Below are positions 48,832-57,236 of a DNA stretch of 64,000 nucleotides, piece by piece. The DNA is from Bacteroidota bacterium (GTDB lineage: Bacteria > Bacteroidota > Ignavibacteria > Palsa-1295). The stretch is taken from contig JAUZNX010000009.1 of NCBI GenBank assembly GCA_030706745.1, forward strand, positions 58,740-122,739, written 5' to 3'. The first letter of the stretch is position 1; every line of letters begins with the position of its first letter. A program made the translations under genes and the position numbers. The notes beneath the pieces are model-generated. The model was not told where the DNA came from. It searched no databases and saw only the letters and a program-made list of their open reading frames with translations.

Positions 48832-49497
48832 TCAATACAATCGAATGGCAGCTTCTTTAAGCAGGTATAAGGGCTCCGCGAAACGCGGGTGATGGACGAC
48901 AAAGAAGTTGCCTCGTTCGCTGTAGATGTTTAGTTCATCACCAACCTGCGCGTCGGTCAGTACCGAATCCTGCGTGGTGTCACGATACAGCAGCGCAAGC
49001 TGATTGACGAGCACACGACCGACCAAGGGATCACGCAATGCAAAATGCTCTGTCGCCTCTGTTGGGGATCGCTGCTTCTGGATAAACGTCGTGTCAATGC
49101 CATGGCCTTTCACGTGCAGACGTGCGCTAATAAGCTCCCGCGTTTCCGGGATGAACACATGCGCGATGCCGGACTCATCGAAAATAACCCGCTCGGGTTT
49201 CTTCACCAGATTGCATGACTGGCACTCCAGCATAATCTTTGGAAGCGATGGAATTGCCGTCGGCTCGGAAGTGCGAAACACTCGAAAGTAAATCGTATCT
49301 CCTTCCCAACCATGTTGACCAACGTGGTATGTATCCGGATTTCTCGGAACCGACGAACTACAGCCGGATGCGATCAAAAAAACAGTGAATAGTGGATAAA
49401 GAACGACGAAGGACAAACGCGCCGGTCCAAGCCGAGTATCTCTTGCCTCTCGTTTTGCACTCTCCATTTCTCGATCTCCGATATCTTCGTTCCTCAT
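48832..49497 (-). CDS. Hypothetical lipoprotein with C-terminal SH3-like segment
   Basis: Lipobox IASGC; AQVGDELNIYSERGNFFVV; start uncertain. Confidence 0.65.
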   Translation of the reverse strand: MRNEDIGDREMESAKREARDTRLGPARLSFVVLYPLFTVFLIASGCSSSVPRNPDTYHVGQHGWEGDTIYFRVFRTSEPTAIPSLPKIMLECQSCNLVKKPERVIFDESGIAHVFIPETRELISARLHVKGHGIDTTFIQKQRSPTEATEHFALRDPLVGRVLVNQLALLYRDTTQDSVLTDAQVGDELNIYSERGNFFVVHHPRFAEPLYLLKEAAIRLY

Positions 49498-49511
49498 CTA
49501 TTGAACGATAT

Positions 49512-50180
49512 CTATTGAATGATCTGTACGGCTTCTGCTTCGACAAATCCCTCTCCGCCATCGACCGACACCGAATAGATTTCACCTTCGCGCGAGAGAA
49601 GGCCCAAGATCGTACCTTGCGGCAAGATCTTCAGCACTTCCTTCTTTGTCTTATCCTTGTAAATTGCAATTCCTTCTGGAGCAATCACCTTAAGCTGCGT
49701 AATCTTTTTCGTCGCCACTTTCTTTTGTGGTGCGGCGGTTGTTTCGGTTGTCGTCGTGCTTGGTCGAGCTCGTCGAGCATAGAAGCGACTCAGCGGAGCT
49801 GGCGCCGTGTCGGTTCGCGCGATCGCACTGCCATGCAACACGATTACGGAATCCTTTTTACCCATGGAATAGAGCGTGAGGACAAGATCCTCAGTCGGCG
49901 ACACCTCGTACACCGCATCGTTATGTTGATCGAATCGCTCTACCATTCGATTGTAACCCGGATCGCATTTCCCGCACTCGAGTACAACGCTGTCCTTCTG
50001 CGAATCCCATCGCGCGGAACTCCCTGGATTGAGCGCGACCAACAGTGAATCACCGGCCCGGTTCACATAGAGCTTTGCAGGCACATAATAGGTGCAACTC
50101 GCGAGCGTGCACGCAACAAGCACGACTGAAAACAGAATGAGGAATGATGAAAGTGTGTGTGGTAGGAATTGGTGATTCAT
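49512..50180 (-). CDS. Hypothetical lipoprotein with C-terminal SH3b-like domain
   Basis: Lipobox LASC; Thr-rich linker; LPQGTILGLLSREGEIYSV...GFVEAEAV. Confidence 0.7.
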   Translation of the reverse strand: MNHQFLPHTLSSFLILFSVVLVACTLASCTYYVPAKLYVNRAGDSLLVALNPGSSARWDSQKDSVVLECGKCDPGYNRMVERFDQHNDAVYEVSPTEDLVLTLYSMGKKDSVIVLHGSAIARTDTAPAPLSRFYARRARPSTTTTETTAAPQKKVATKKITQLKVIAPEGIAIYKDKTKKEVLKILPQGTILGLLSREGEIYSVSVDGGEGFVEAEAVQIIQ

Positions 50181-50249
50181 TGTCTTCACTCTATTCACGA
50201 ACGCGTTGAGAAATTGTTCTAATCATTCATCCATTTCGGTATCCATCCA

Positions 50250-51401
50250 TTATGGAAGGGGTCCAAGGAAATTATCGATATGGATCGTATCCGCAGGCTG
50301 GAACGTCTGCAACAGTTTGCCTTTTCGCCACGCATTATCGACCTTAAAATATCCATAGACCCCCTTGGCCAGCGTCAAGCTGTCAAAGATCACGATCTGC
50401 TCTGTCGCAGGCAGGAAGCGCTCGCCTTCACCATGCTCGAGCGCGCGGTCAAGTTCCAAACGACTTTGGTACATTCGCGGCGATACGAAAAGCTGCACTT
50501 CCCGTGGAAGTTCGATCACGATCATACCCGGCGCTTGGCTTCTTTGCGCCGCTTTCTGTATAGTCTCGGGTTTCGGAACGGACGGTGCATGCACCAGGGA
50601 GCGCACCAGATAGTACACAATCGCCGCAGCCAGGACAATACTTGGAATCGCCCACAACCGCCGCGATTGCCAGCCGGAAATCGCACCTCGGATCGACATG
50701 TGGTCCACCTCCGACACCTGCGTTGCCCGATCGTGGCGAGCATTCGTCTCACTATGCTCGAATGCGTTGCGCTCGAAAGCTTCGGCCAGAATTTCCATCT
50801 CGCCATTCGTCAGCGCCTGCGATTTTTGGTCCATCGCTCGCAGCAAATTCGGGAGGTGCGAGATGTTCCGGGCAAGCGCAAAATCCAAAGTCATCGAGGC
50901 GAATGGCTGGCCATTCTCACCGGATTCTACGCGGATTTCCCGGACCGGGCCGTTAAAAATCGCCACAAGCGAGGTCGTCAAGGCACCATCATGACCCAGC
51001 CGCTCAGCGAGCGATTCGAGCTCTTTCGACGCATTCTGCAGGGTTTCGAACGGATTTTCGAAGCTCGAGCGCACATGCGCGGGACTTTCCAAAAGCCACG
51101 CGCCACGACGCGAGCCTCGAATTGACCCCGACTCGCCGTAAAACGCCACCAAGCCGATGCCGCGCGACCAAAGCACCGCAAAATGATCGCGCCCGAGCGA
51201 GGTCGGCTGACGCACCAGATGCAGGATTTCCCGGCTATGCGCGGCAAATTGCTCCGCCACATCGGCGATTCGTAGCAATGCCATCCGATTCTCCTCCAGC
51301 GAGAATTCGGGGCCGGTCACGCGAACATCGAGCACGGGGTTGTTTTGGTTGGGTTGCCTGTCCGAAGCGCAACGATCATGCAGCGAAAGAGTAATGTTCA
51401 C
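50250..51401 (-). CDS. Membrane protein with degenerate NERD-like N-terminal domain
   Basis: DHFAVLWSRGIGLV...GSIRGSRRGAW...FENPF resembles the NERD layout; one TM; periplasmic C-terminal domain; start uncertain. Confidence 0.6.
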   Translation of the reverse strand: MNITLSLHDRCASDRQPNQNNPVLDVRVTGPEFSLEENRMALLRIADVAEQFAAHSREILHLVRQPTSLGRDHFAVLWSRGIGLVAFYGESGSIRGSRRGAWLLESPAHVRSSFENPFETLQNASKELESLAERLGHDGALTTSLVAIFNGPVREIRVESGENGQPFASMTLDFALARNISHLPNLLRAMDQKSQALTNGEMEILAEAFERNAFEHSETNARHDRATQVSEVDHMSIRGAISGWQSRRLWAIPSIVLAAAIVYYLVRSLVHAPSVPKPETIQKAAQRSQAPGMIVIELPREVQLFVSPRMYQSRLELDRALEHGEGERFLPATEQIVIFDSLTLAKGVYGYFKVDNAWRKGKLLQTFQPADTIHIDNFLGPLP

Positions 51402-51480
51402 GATGAAACAATCGTGCCAATAACAAGAATTCTGGCCTGGTCAATTGCCAAGAGAAACACGCATTGCCCAATGCCACCTA

Positions 51481-51612
51481 TTCATTTTAGTATTTGAGTT
51501 TGTTTTTAATAATGGCACCATTTTCTTGAAAAGAAAAGTATACTTCCCTCGGTTCATTTTAGCATTTGAGTTTGTTTTTCATGAACCGCGTTCCCGATTT
51601 TTTGAATAACTC
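51481..51612 (-). repeat. AT-rich dispersed repeat, copies B1/B2
   Basis: 30-mers at 51481-51510 and 51553-51582 differ at 2 positions; homologous to 2269-2320 and 2352-2368. Confidence 0.75.
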
Positions 51613-51813
51613 TAAAGATGAATCCAACATTGGGCGTTCGGTCTCGCGGAATTCGTTTGTTCCTGCTTCTCCTTTAGCCGACGGAAGCGCCGCCTGAAGA
51701 GTCCAGTGACTTAACATTTGATGCAGAAGGAACCGATGCTTGAAATCTACCTGTCATCGGGAGCGCGAACGGCCAAAACCGTGTAGTGTCACGCATGACC
51801 GGACATCCTTAGC

Positions 51814-53175
51814 ATGACCCATCATCCATCGATGCTCGAAAAGAAATACGTTTTGTTCATCACCTACTATTTTCCACCGGCCGGCGGGCCGGGGGTGCAG
51901 CGGGTCACGAAGTTTATCAAGTACCTTTCGGAGTTCGGCTGGACACCGATCGTGCTGGCTCCGGAGAACCCGGAATACCAAGCACGTGATGAATCGCTGG
52001 TGAAGGAGCTGCCGGAGAACCTCATCATCCGGCGCGCACCGATCTTCGAGCCGTACGCGCTGTACCGCCGCTTCACAAGCAAGCCAGCCGGGCAATCGCT
52101 GGATGTGAATGTGATTAAGGAGGCTGGCGCGAAGCTTTCTTGCACGGAGCGCATCGCCGAGTTTATCCGCGGCACGCTGTTCATCCCGGATGCAAGAATC
52201 GGGTGGTATTGGAGCGCGGTGAAGGAAGGCCGGCGCATTCTGCGCGAGTATCCGGTGAAGATGATCTATTCATCCTCGCCGCCCTATACTCCAGCGCTTA
52301 TCGCGAGAAAGATGCGGCGAGTCTCGAGAGCGCCATGGATTGCCGGGTTTCGCGATCCGTGGACCGGATTCCACAACACGCCGGACCGTTGGCTGTTGCC
52401 GCGCAAGATCGATCGATCGCTGGAGCATTCGGTCTTCGGCGAAGCGGATCTGGTGGAAGTTGCATGGCAAGGCATCGCGGAGGATGCGATGGCGAAATAT
52501 CCGGATTTGCCACGCGAGAAGTTCATTCACATCCCGAACGGCTTCGATAGCGCGGATTTTCCGGAGCCGGACATCCGGAAGCGCGCCGCGCGACCGAACA
52601 ATGCGAAGTGTACGATCACCTATTCCGGTTCGCTATATGGTCCACGGAATCCGCTAAGCTTTCTGAAAGCGATCGAGCAGTTGATCGAGCGGCGTGAGAT
52701 CGAGCCGGAGAAATTGCATCTGCGTTTCGTCGGGCGGTTCGGCTCGGAGATTCACGAGATGCTGGACCGGCCAATGATTCGCGCAATGGTCGAGAAGATC
52801 GAATACGTGCCTCATGCGAAGGCGGTGGAGCTGTTGCTCGATAGCGATGCGCTGCTGCTCATCGTTGACGAAGTCCCGACCGTCGCGCACATCGTGCCGG
52901 GCAAAGTGTATGAGTATTTGGGCGCGATGCGGCCCATCATCGCAATTGCGCCGCCGCACAGCGCCATTGGTGAGTTGCTGCGCGAGACACAAGCCGGCGA
53001 AGCTGTCGCGCAAGCGGATATCGATTCGCAAGCGCGGCTCGTTAAGCGAGTCTTTGACAATTGGGCTGGCGGTGCCTCCGGATTTGCGATGGATCCGAAC
53101 GTCATCTCCCGCTATGAACGCCGCGAATCAACGCGGACGCTGGCAGGTCTCTTCGATCGCCTGACGCGACAATGA
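51814..53175 (+). CDS. Glycosyltransferase family 4
   Basis: TYYFPPAGGPGVQR, FRDPW, IPNGFD, YSGSLY, PGKVYEY. Confidence 0.9.
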   Translation: MTHHPSMLEKKYVLFITYYFPPAGGPGVQRVTKFIKYLSEFGWTPIVLAPENPEYQARDESLVKELPENLIIRRAPIFEPYALYRRFTSKPAGQSLDVNVIKEAGAKLSCTERIAEFIRGTLFIPDARIGWYWSAVKEGRRILREYPVKMIYSSSPPYTPALIARKMRRVSRAPWIAGFRDPWTGFHNTPDRWLLPRKIDRSLEHSVFGEADLVEVAWQGIAEDAMAKYPDLPREKFIHIPNGFDSADFPEPDIRKRAARPNNAKCTITYSGSLYGPRNPLSFLKAIEQLIERREIEPEKLHLRFVGRFGSEIHEMLDRPMIRAMVEKIEYVPHAKAVELLLDSDALLLIVDEVPTVAHIVPGKVYEYLGAMRPIIAIAPPHSAIGELLRETQAGEAVAQADIDSQARLVKRVFDNWAGGASGFAMDPNVISRYERRESTRTLAGLFDRLTRQ

Positions 53176-54032
53176 CTTGGGAAGAACTGGTCGCTGAGGC
53201 CTCGATGAGACTCAAGACGGCCGGAATCGACGATGCGCAAGCGAATGCCGAGTATATGGCAGCGTTCGTCAGTGGCGTTCGAGGCCGCGCGGAGTGGCGA
53301 GCCATACGGCGTGGAAAAGTCCGGCAGGAGCAAGCCGATGCGTTCAACGAGTTGATCGTTCGGCGCGAGCTTCACGAGCCGCTGCAGTATATCCTCGGCG
53401 AGTGGGAATTCTTTGGACTACCAATCATCGTTCGACCCGGCGTACTGATCCCGAGACCCGAAACGGAAATCCTGGTCGAGGAGGCGCTCAAAGAAGCGGC
53501 TGTCATGCCAGCAGGAATCACGATTGTCGATGTCGGCACTGGCTCTGGGGCGATCGCGCTGGCTATGGCAAAACATCTACCAGCCGCCAGAGTGCATGGT
53601 GTGGACGTAAGCGCAACAGCGATCGCGATTGCAGAAGAAAATCAAGCGCGACTTGATCTTGCGAACGTGCAATTCCGCCAAAGCGACATGATGCAGCCGG
53701 AATGGCTCGGCACCCTGCAAGGAACAATCCATCTGCTGCTGAGCAATCCTCCATACGTGAGCCTTGAGGATTTTGAGACACTCGAACCGGAATTGCGCGA
53801 GCACGAGCCTCGCGAAGCGCTGACCGATGAGGGTACTGGTCTTACCTTCTATTGCCGACTTGCCGAGCAGGCCGGAGCATTGCTCGCTCCTTCAGGCCGG
53901 TTGCTCGTGGAACTTGGATTCGGTCTGAGCGAGCGTGTTGCAGACATTATGAGCAGTGCCGGACTGTATGTCTTGCGGATCGTCCCCGATCTGGCAGGTA
54001 TCCCTCGAGTTCTTGTCGCGAGCCGACGTTGA
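53172..54032 (+). CDS. prmC: Release factor glutamine methyltransferase
   Basis: EPLQYILG, LIPRPETE, DVGTGSG, SNPPY. Confidence 0.95.
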   Translation: MTWEELVAEASMRLKTAGIDDAQANAEYMAAFVSGVRGRAEWRAIRRGKVRQEQADAFNELIVRRELHEPLQYILGEWEFFGLPIIVRPGVLIPRPETEILVEEALKEAAVMPAGITIVDVGTGSGAIALAMAKHLPAARVHGVDVSATAIAIAEENQARLDLANVQFRQSDMMQPEWLGTLQGTIHLLLSNPPYVSLEDFETLEPELREHEPREALTDEGTGLTFYCRLAEQAGALLAPSGRLLVELGFGLSERVADIMSSAGLYVLRIVPDLAGIPRVLVASRR

Positions 54033-54052
54033 GTCCGAGCGATAACCTCTGC

Positions 54053-55489
54053 TCAGACTTCGAACAGCTCGTGATGCAGCTTTCGCAACGCCGGCCGGCC
54101 TTCTGAATCATCCACGAATGCGATGAGGCTTTGCTCGATTGGAATGATCGCATGAAGATGGCATGCACGAAGGCTTCGTGAAATTTGCGCCGTGAATTTT
54201 CCCTCGAAGGGTTCGCTCTTCCCTTTGCGGATTACGACAGCAATGGCCGCAACCGACGCGGGCTCTGTCACGCTGAATGCGTCTCGATCGATTGCACTCG
54301 CAATCCGGCGCCGATCATCGCGTGAAAAGATCGCGATTGTTTCCGCCGGTGTAGACCACCTGGCAAACGCGCTGGCGAGTGCTTCCTGCATTCGTTCGTG
54401 TTTGCGGCGATCGGGCTTCGGAGTTCGGTCTTTACGAGAAATCCGAATCATGACAAGTTTCTCTTCGAGCGCAACGGCCAGTGCGCGTTGCGTCCGAGTG
54501 GGCGATGCGATCTCTCGCGTGAGCATCGTATGTCGCGCCGCCTGATGACCGCCCTTGCCGAATGGCGTCGCAATCCTCAGGACCGTCGGTGGTTTGGATT
54601 GCATCAATGGATGCGCGAACGATGGAAACAGCACGCGAGCGCCGCGGCGACCAATTTCCTCCGCCTCATCGAACCGTAGCGAGCGAATGAGCCTCGCATG
54701 TGGTACAAGTTCAGGATCGGCAGTGTAAATGCCGGGTAGCATTTTCCAGATTACAACTTCTTCGGCGCCGAGCGATGCCGCGAGCAAGGTCGCCGTGAGA
54801 TCGGAACTTTCGCTTCCCATCGTTGTCGTTACGCCATCTGGCGTGGCCCCGACAAATCCCTGCATCAATACGACTTCGGATCGCCGGAGGCGCGGAGCAA
54901 TCAACTTCTCGGCGCGATCTGCGACGGCAACCGTGTCCGGCACGGCGTGTCCAAAGGATTCATTCGTGATGAAGACTCGGCGGGCATCGATGGTATGCAT
55001 CGGAATATCCCGCTCGATGAGCAACGCCTGAACGAGCGCCATTGCAAACTGCTCTCCGTGAGCAATTACGGCATCGCGCGAACGTGGCGAAAGCTCGCGT
55101 GTGATTCCGATGCCCTCCAGAAGCGATCGAACGCTTGTGCCGATTTCTTCGAACGCCTCGAAGAGATCGTCTTCTCCATCGAGGCCCAGTGTGGCGGCCA
55201 GTTGTTCGTGCTGCGCGATGGTTCGGTCGAGCGCAATTTCCGCTTCCGGTAGCTTCCCTGCTTCGGCAAGTTCAGCGGCATGTGCGAGTTGGCGCGTCGT
55301 ATGGCCGATGGCACTGACGACCACGACCAGACCTCGGATCGTACCAGACGTCCGCTCGGCATTCTTCTTCGAGCTACTTCTTCGAGCCCGGGCAACTTCG
55401 CGGGCATACCGCTCGCGCACGATCTGCGCGAGCGCTTCAAGTCCCCGTTTTGAGCGCGCCAGCGCGCCGCCAAATTTATATACGATCAA
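54053..55489 (-). CDS. lysC: Aspartate kinase-family protein (divergent)
   Basis: KFGG, VVVVSA, QGFVG, SDLTA, GIYTADP, EEIG..GA.VL.P. Confidence 0.75.
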   Translation of the reverse strand: MIVYKFGGALARSKRGLEALAQIVRERYAREVARARRSSSKKNAERTSGTIRGLVVVVSAIGHTTRQLAHAAELAEAGKLPEAEIALDRTIAQHEQLAATLGLDGEDDLFEAFEEIGTSVRSLLEGIGITRELSPRSRDAVIAHGEQFAMALVQALLIERDIPMHTIDARRVFITNESFGHAVPDTVAVADRAEKLIAPRLRRSEVVLMQGFVGATPDGVTTTMGSESSDLTATLLAASLGAEEVVIWKMLPGIYTADPELVPHARLIRSLRFDEAEEIGRRGARVLFPSFAHPLMQSKPPTVLRIATPFGKGGHQAARHTMLTREIASPTRTQRALAVALEEKLVMIRISRKDRTPKPDRRKHERMQEALASAFARWSTPAETIAIFSRDDRRRIASAIDRDAFSVTEPASVAAIAVVIRKGKSEPFEGKFTAQISRSLRACHLHAIIPIEQSLIAFVDDSEGRPALRKLHHELFEV

Positions 55490-55556
55490 GCTTTCGTCGC
55501 AAGTAATGAGTCCGAAGTAACGAGTAACCGCCGAAGCCTGTTCTCACATTTCACAA

Positions 55557-56141
55557 ATGTGGAATATTTTAGAATTCGATGAAGTCCTCTCCACCAGCAC
55601 GCTTGCGAAAGAGCGATGGATTGCAGGCGAGGCGAAGCATGGCGATGTGTTCCAGGCCCGGCACCAGACTGGTGGCCGCGGGCGCATTGCCGGCCGTCAG
55701 TGGCACGACCAGTCGGGAGCATCATTGCTCATGACAATTCTTCTTGAGCATTTGCCGGACACTGTACTTCGCCATGCGACGCTAGACAGTTTACAATCAT
55801 TCCAAATGATGGCGGCGCACGCCACGATTGCGGCGGTCCGTGAACTCGCCAGCACTTCGATCGAACCGGAACGGCTGGCAATAAAAGAGCCGAACGACAT
55901 CCTGCTCGATGGCCTGAAGCTATGCGGCATCCTGACCGAGGCTGTCTGGCAAGGCGATGCATTGCGCGCACTCTTTATTGGGATCGGGCTGAACGTTCAT
56001 CAGTGGGGCTTTGAAGGCACGCTCGCAGAAACAGCCATCTCTCTTGAACAAGCGCGGATCTCGACAACGGTGAATAATGTGCGCGACGAAATTCTTCGTG
56101 CCATAGAAAGAACTCTCCTCTCTCCGTTCTCCGTTACGTAA
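55557..56141 (+). CDS. birA: Biotin-protein ligase, catalytic domain only
   Basis: STST, QTGGRGR, KEPND, KLCGIL, IGIGLN. Confidence 0.85.
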   Translation: MWNILEFDEVLSTSTLAKERWIAGEAKHGDVFQARHQTGGRGRIAGRQWHDQSGASLLMTILLEHLPDTVLRHATLDSLQSFQMMAAHATIAAVRELASTSIEPERLAIKEPNDILLDGLKLCGILTEAVWQGDALRALFIGIGLNVHQWGFEGTLAETAISLEQARISTTVNNVRDEILRAIERTLLSPFSVT

Positions 56142-56146
56142 GCACG

Positions 56147-56977
56147 ATGTCACTACTTGCTGTCGATATTGGGAATACGTCGACGACGCTTGGCTTCTTC
56201 GACGAGCAGGGTACGTTGCGTCATCGGTTCGATATTCCGACACGCACGCTGACGCATCGTGCGCTGACGCACGAAACGCTCGATGCTCCACTCGCTCCGC
56301 TCGGGAAACCCGTTACGATCGGCATCGCGAGTGTCGTGCCGTGGGCATCCGATGAGTTGATTGTCGTTCTGCATGAGATTTATCCCGACGCGACCGTACT
56401 TGTAATTTCGAGCTCGAACTTGCCACTCCAAATCCGATATCCGCATCCCGAAGAACTTGGGACGGACCGGCTCCTGGGAGCACTGGCAGCCTTTCGGCTC
56501 TTCGGCGAACGCGAACACCGGCCCTGCATCGTGATCGATCTTGGCACCGCCACGACCTATGACTGCATAACAAGCGATGGCGTGTTCCTGGGCGGCGCAA
56601 TTGCTCCGGGCCTCGAACTTAGCGCCGAAGCACTTGCTCAGCGCGCCTCGCAACTGCCATCGATTGCACTCTCCTTTCCGGATAACGTGATCGGCCAAAC
56701 GACTGTCGAAAGTATGCAGTCCGGCGTGCTATTTGGTGGCGTCGCTGCAATCGAAGGTATGATCGAGCGGTTGCGTCAGGCGGCGTTCCCCGAGGAACGC
56801 CCGATTGTGATCGCAACAGGTGGATTGTCCAAACTCATTGAAGGTCGCACGCAGGCATTCACGCATGTGGACCCGGCACTCGTGCTGGAAGGCATCAGAA
56901 TCGCTGCCGAACTTTCGGCTGAGCAGGCATCCGAATCCGAAGAATTGGTCGACACCACCAACACAATTAAACTTTAG
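56147..56977 (+). CDS. coaX: Type III pantothenate kinase
   Basis: DIGNT, LGTDR, IDLGTATT, GGAIAPG, ATGG. Confidence 0.95.
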   Translation: MSLLAVDIGNTSTTLGFFDEQGTLRHRFDIPTRTLTHRALTHETLDAPLAPLGKPVTIGIASVVPWASDELIVVLHEIYPDATVLVISSSNLPLQIRYPHPEELGTDRLLGALAAFRLFGEREHRPCIVIDLGTATTYDCITSDGVFLGGAIAPGLELSAEALAQRASQLPSIALSFPDNVIGQTTVESMQSGVLFGGVAAIEGMIERLRQAAFPEERPIVIATGGLSKLIEGRTQAFTHVDPALVLEGIRIAAELSAEQASESEELVDTTNTIKL

Positions 56978-56979
56978 AC

Positions 56980-57171
56980 ATGAGAATCGGTAACGAAGAA
57001 TTCGAAATTCTGGTCCGGCGCCAAGGCGAAACCGGCTACTCTGCATTTTGCCCACAACTCGAACTGATCGTGCGCGGCACCGCACACCAACAGGTCGAAG
57101 AGAAGATGAAGCAACTCATTGTGGAACATGTCGCCAAGCGCGACGCCGCCGCACCGAAGGAACAAGGCTGA
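56980..57171 (+). CDS. Small HicB-like protein
   Basis: GYSAFCPQL...RG...VEEKMKQLI resembles the HicB N-terminal fold; 63 aa. Confidence 0.5.
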   Translation: MRIGNEEFEILVRRQGETGYSAFCPQLELIVRGTAHQQVEEKMKQLIVEHVAKRDAAAPKEQG

Positions 57172-57236
57172 GGGCAAGGCCAGAGAAGGTTTCACTTCAT
57201 TCGGCATTGCCCTCGTCAGTAGCCGATCACTTAGAT

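Noticed and set aside
51404-51419. Sigma-54 promoter on the minus strand (TGGCACGATTGTTTCA)
   Set aside because: The invariant GC of the -12 box is TC
51481-51582. CRISPR mini-array (30-bp repeats, 42-bp spacer)
   Set aside because: Only two units, no cas genes, no palindrome, and part of the spacer recurs at 2269-2290
57048-57236. Long N-terminal extension of PriA
   Set aside because: Overlaps the HicB-like gene and has low complexity; ATG 57237 is more plausible
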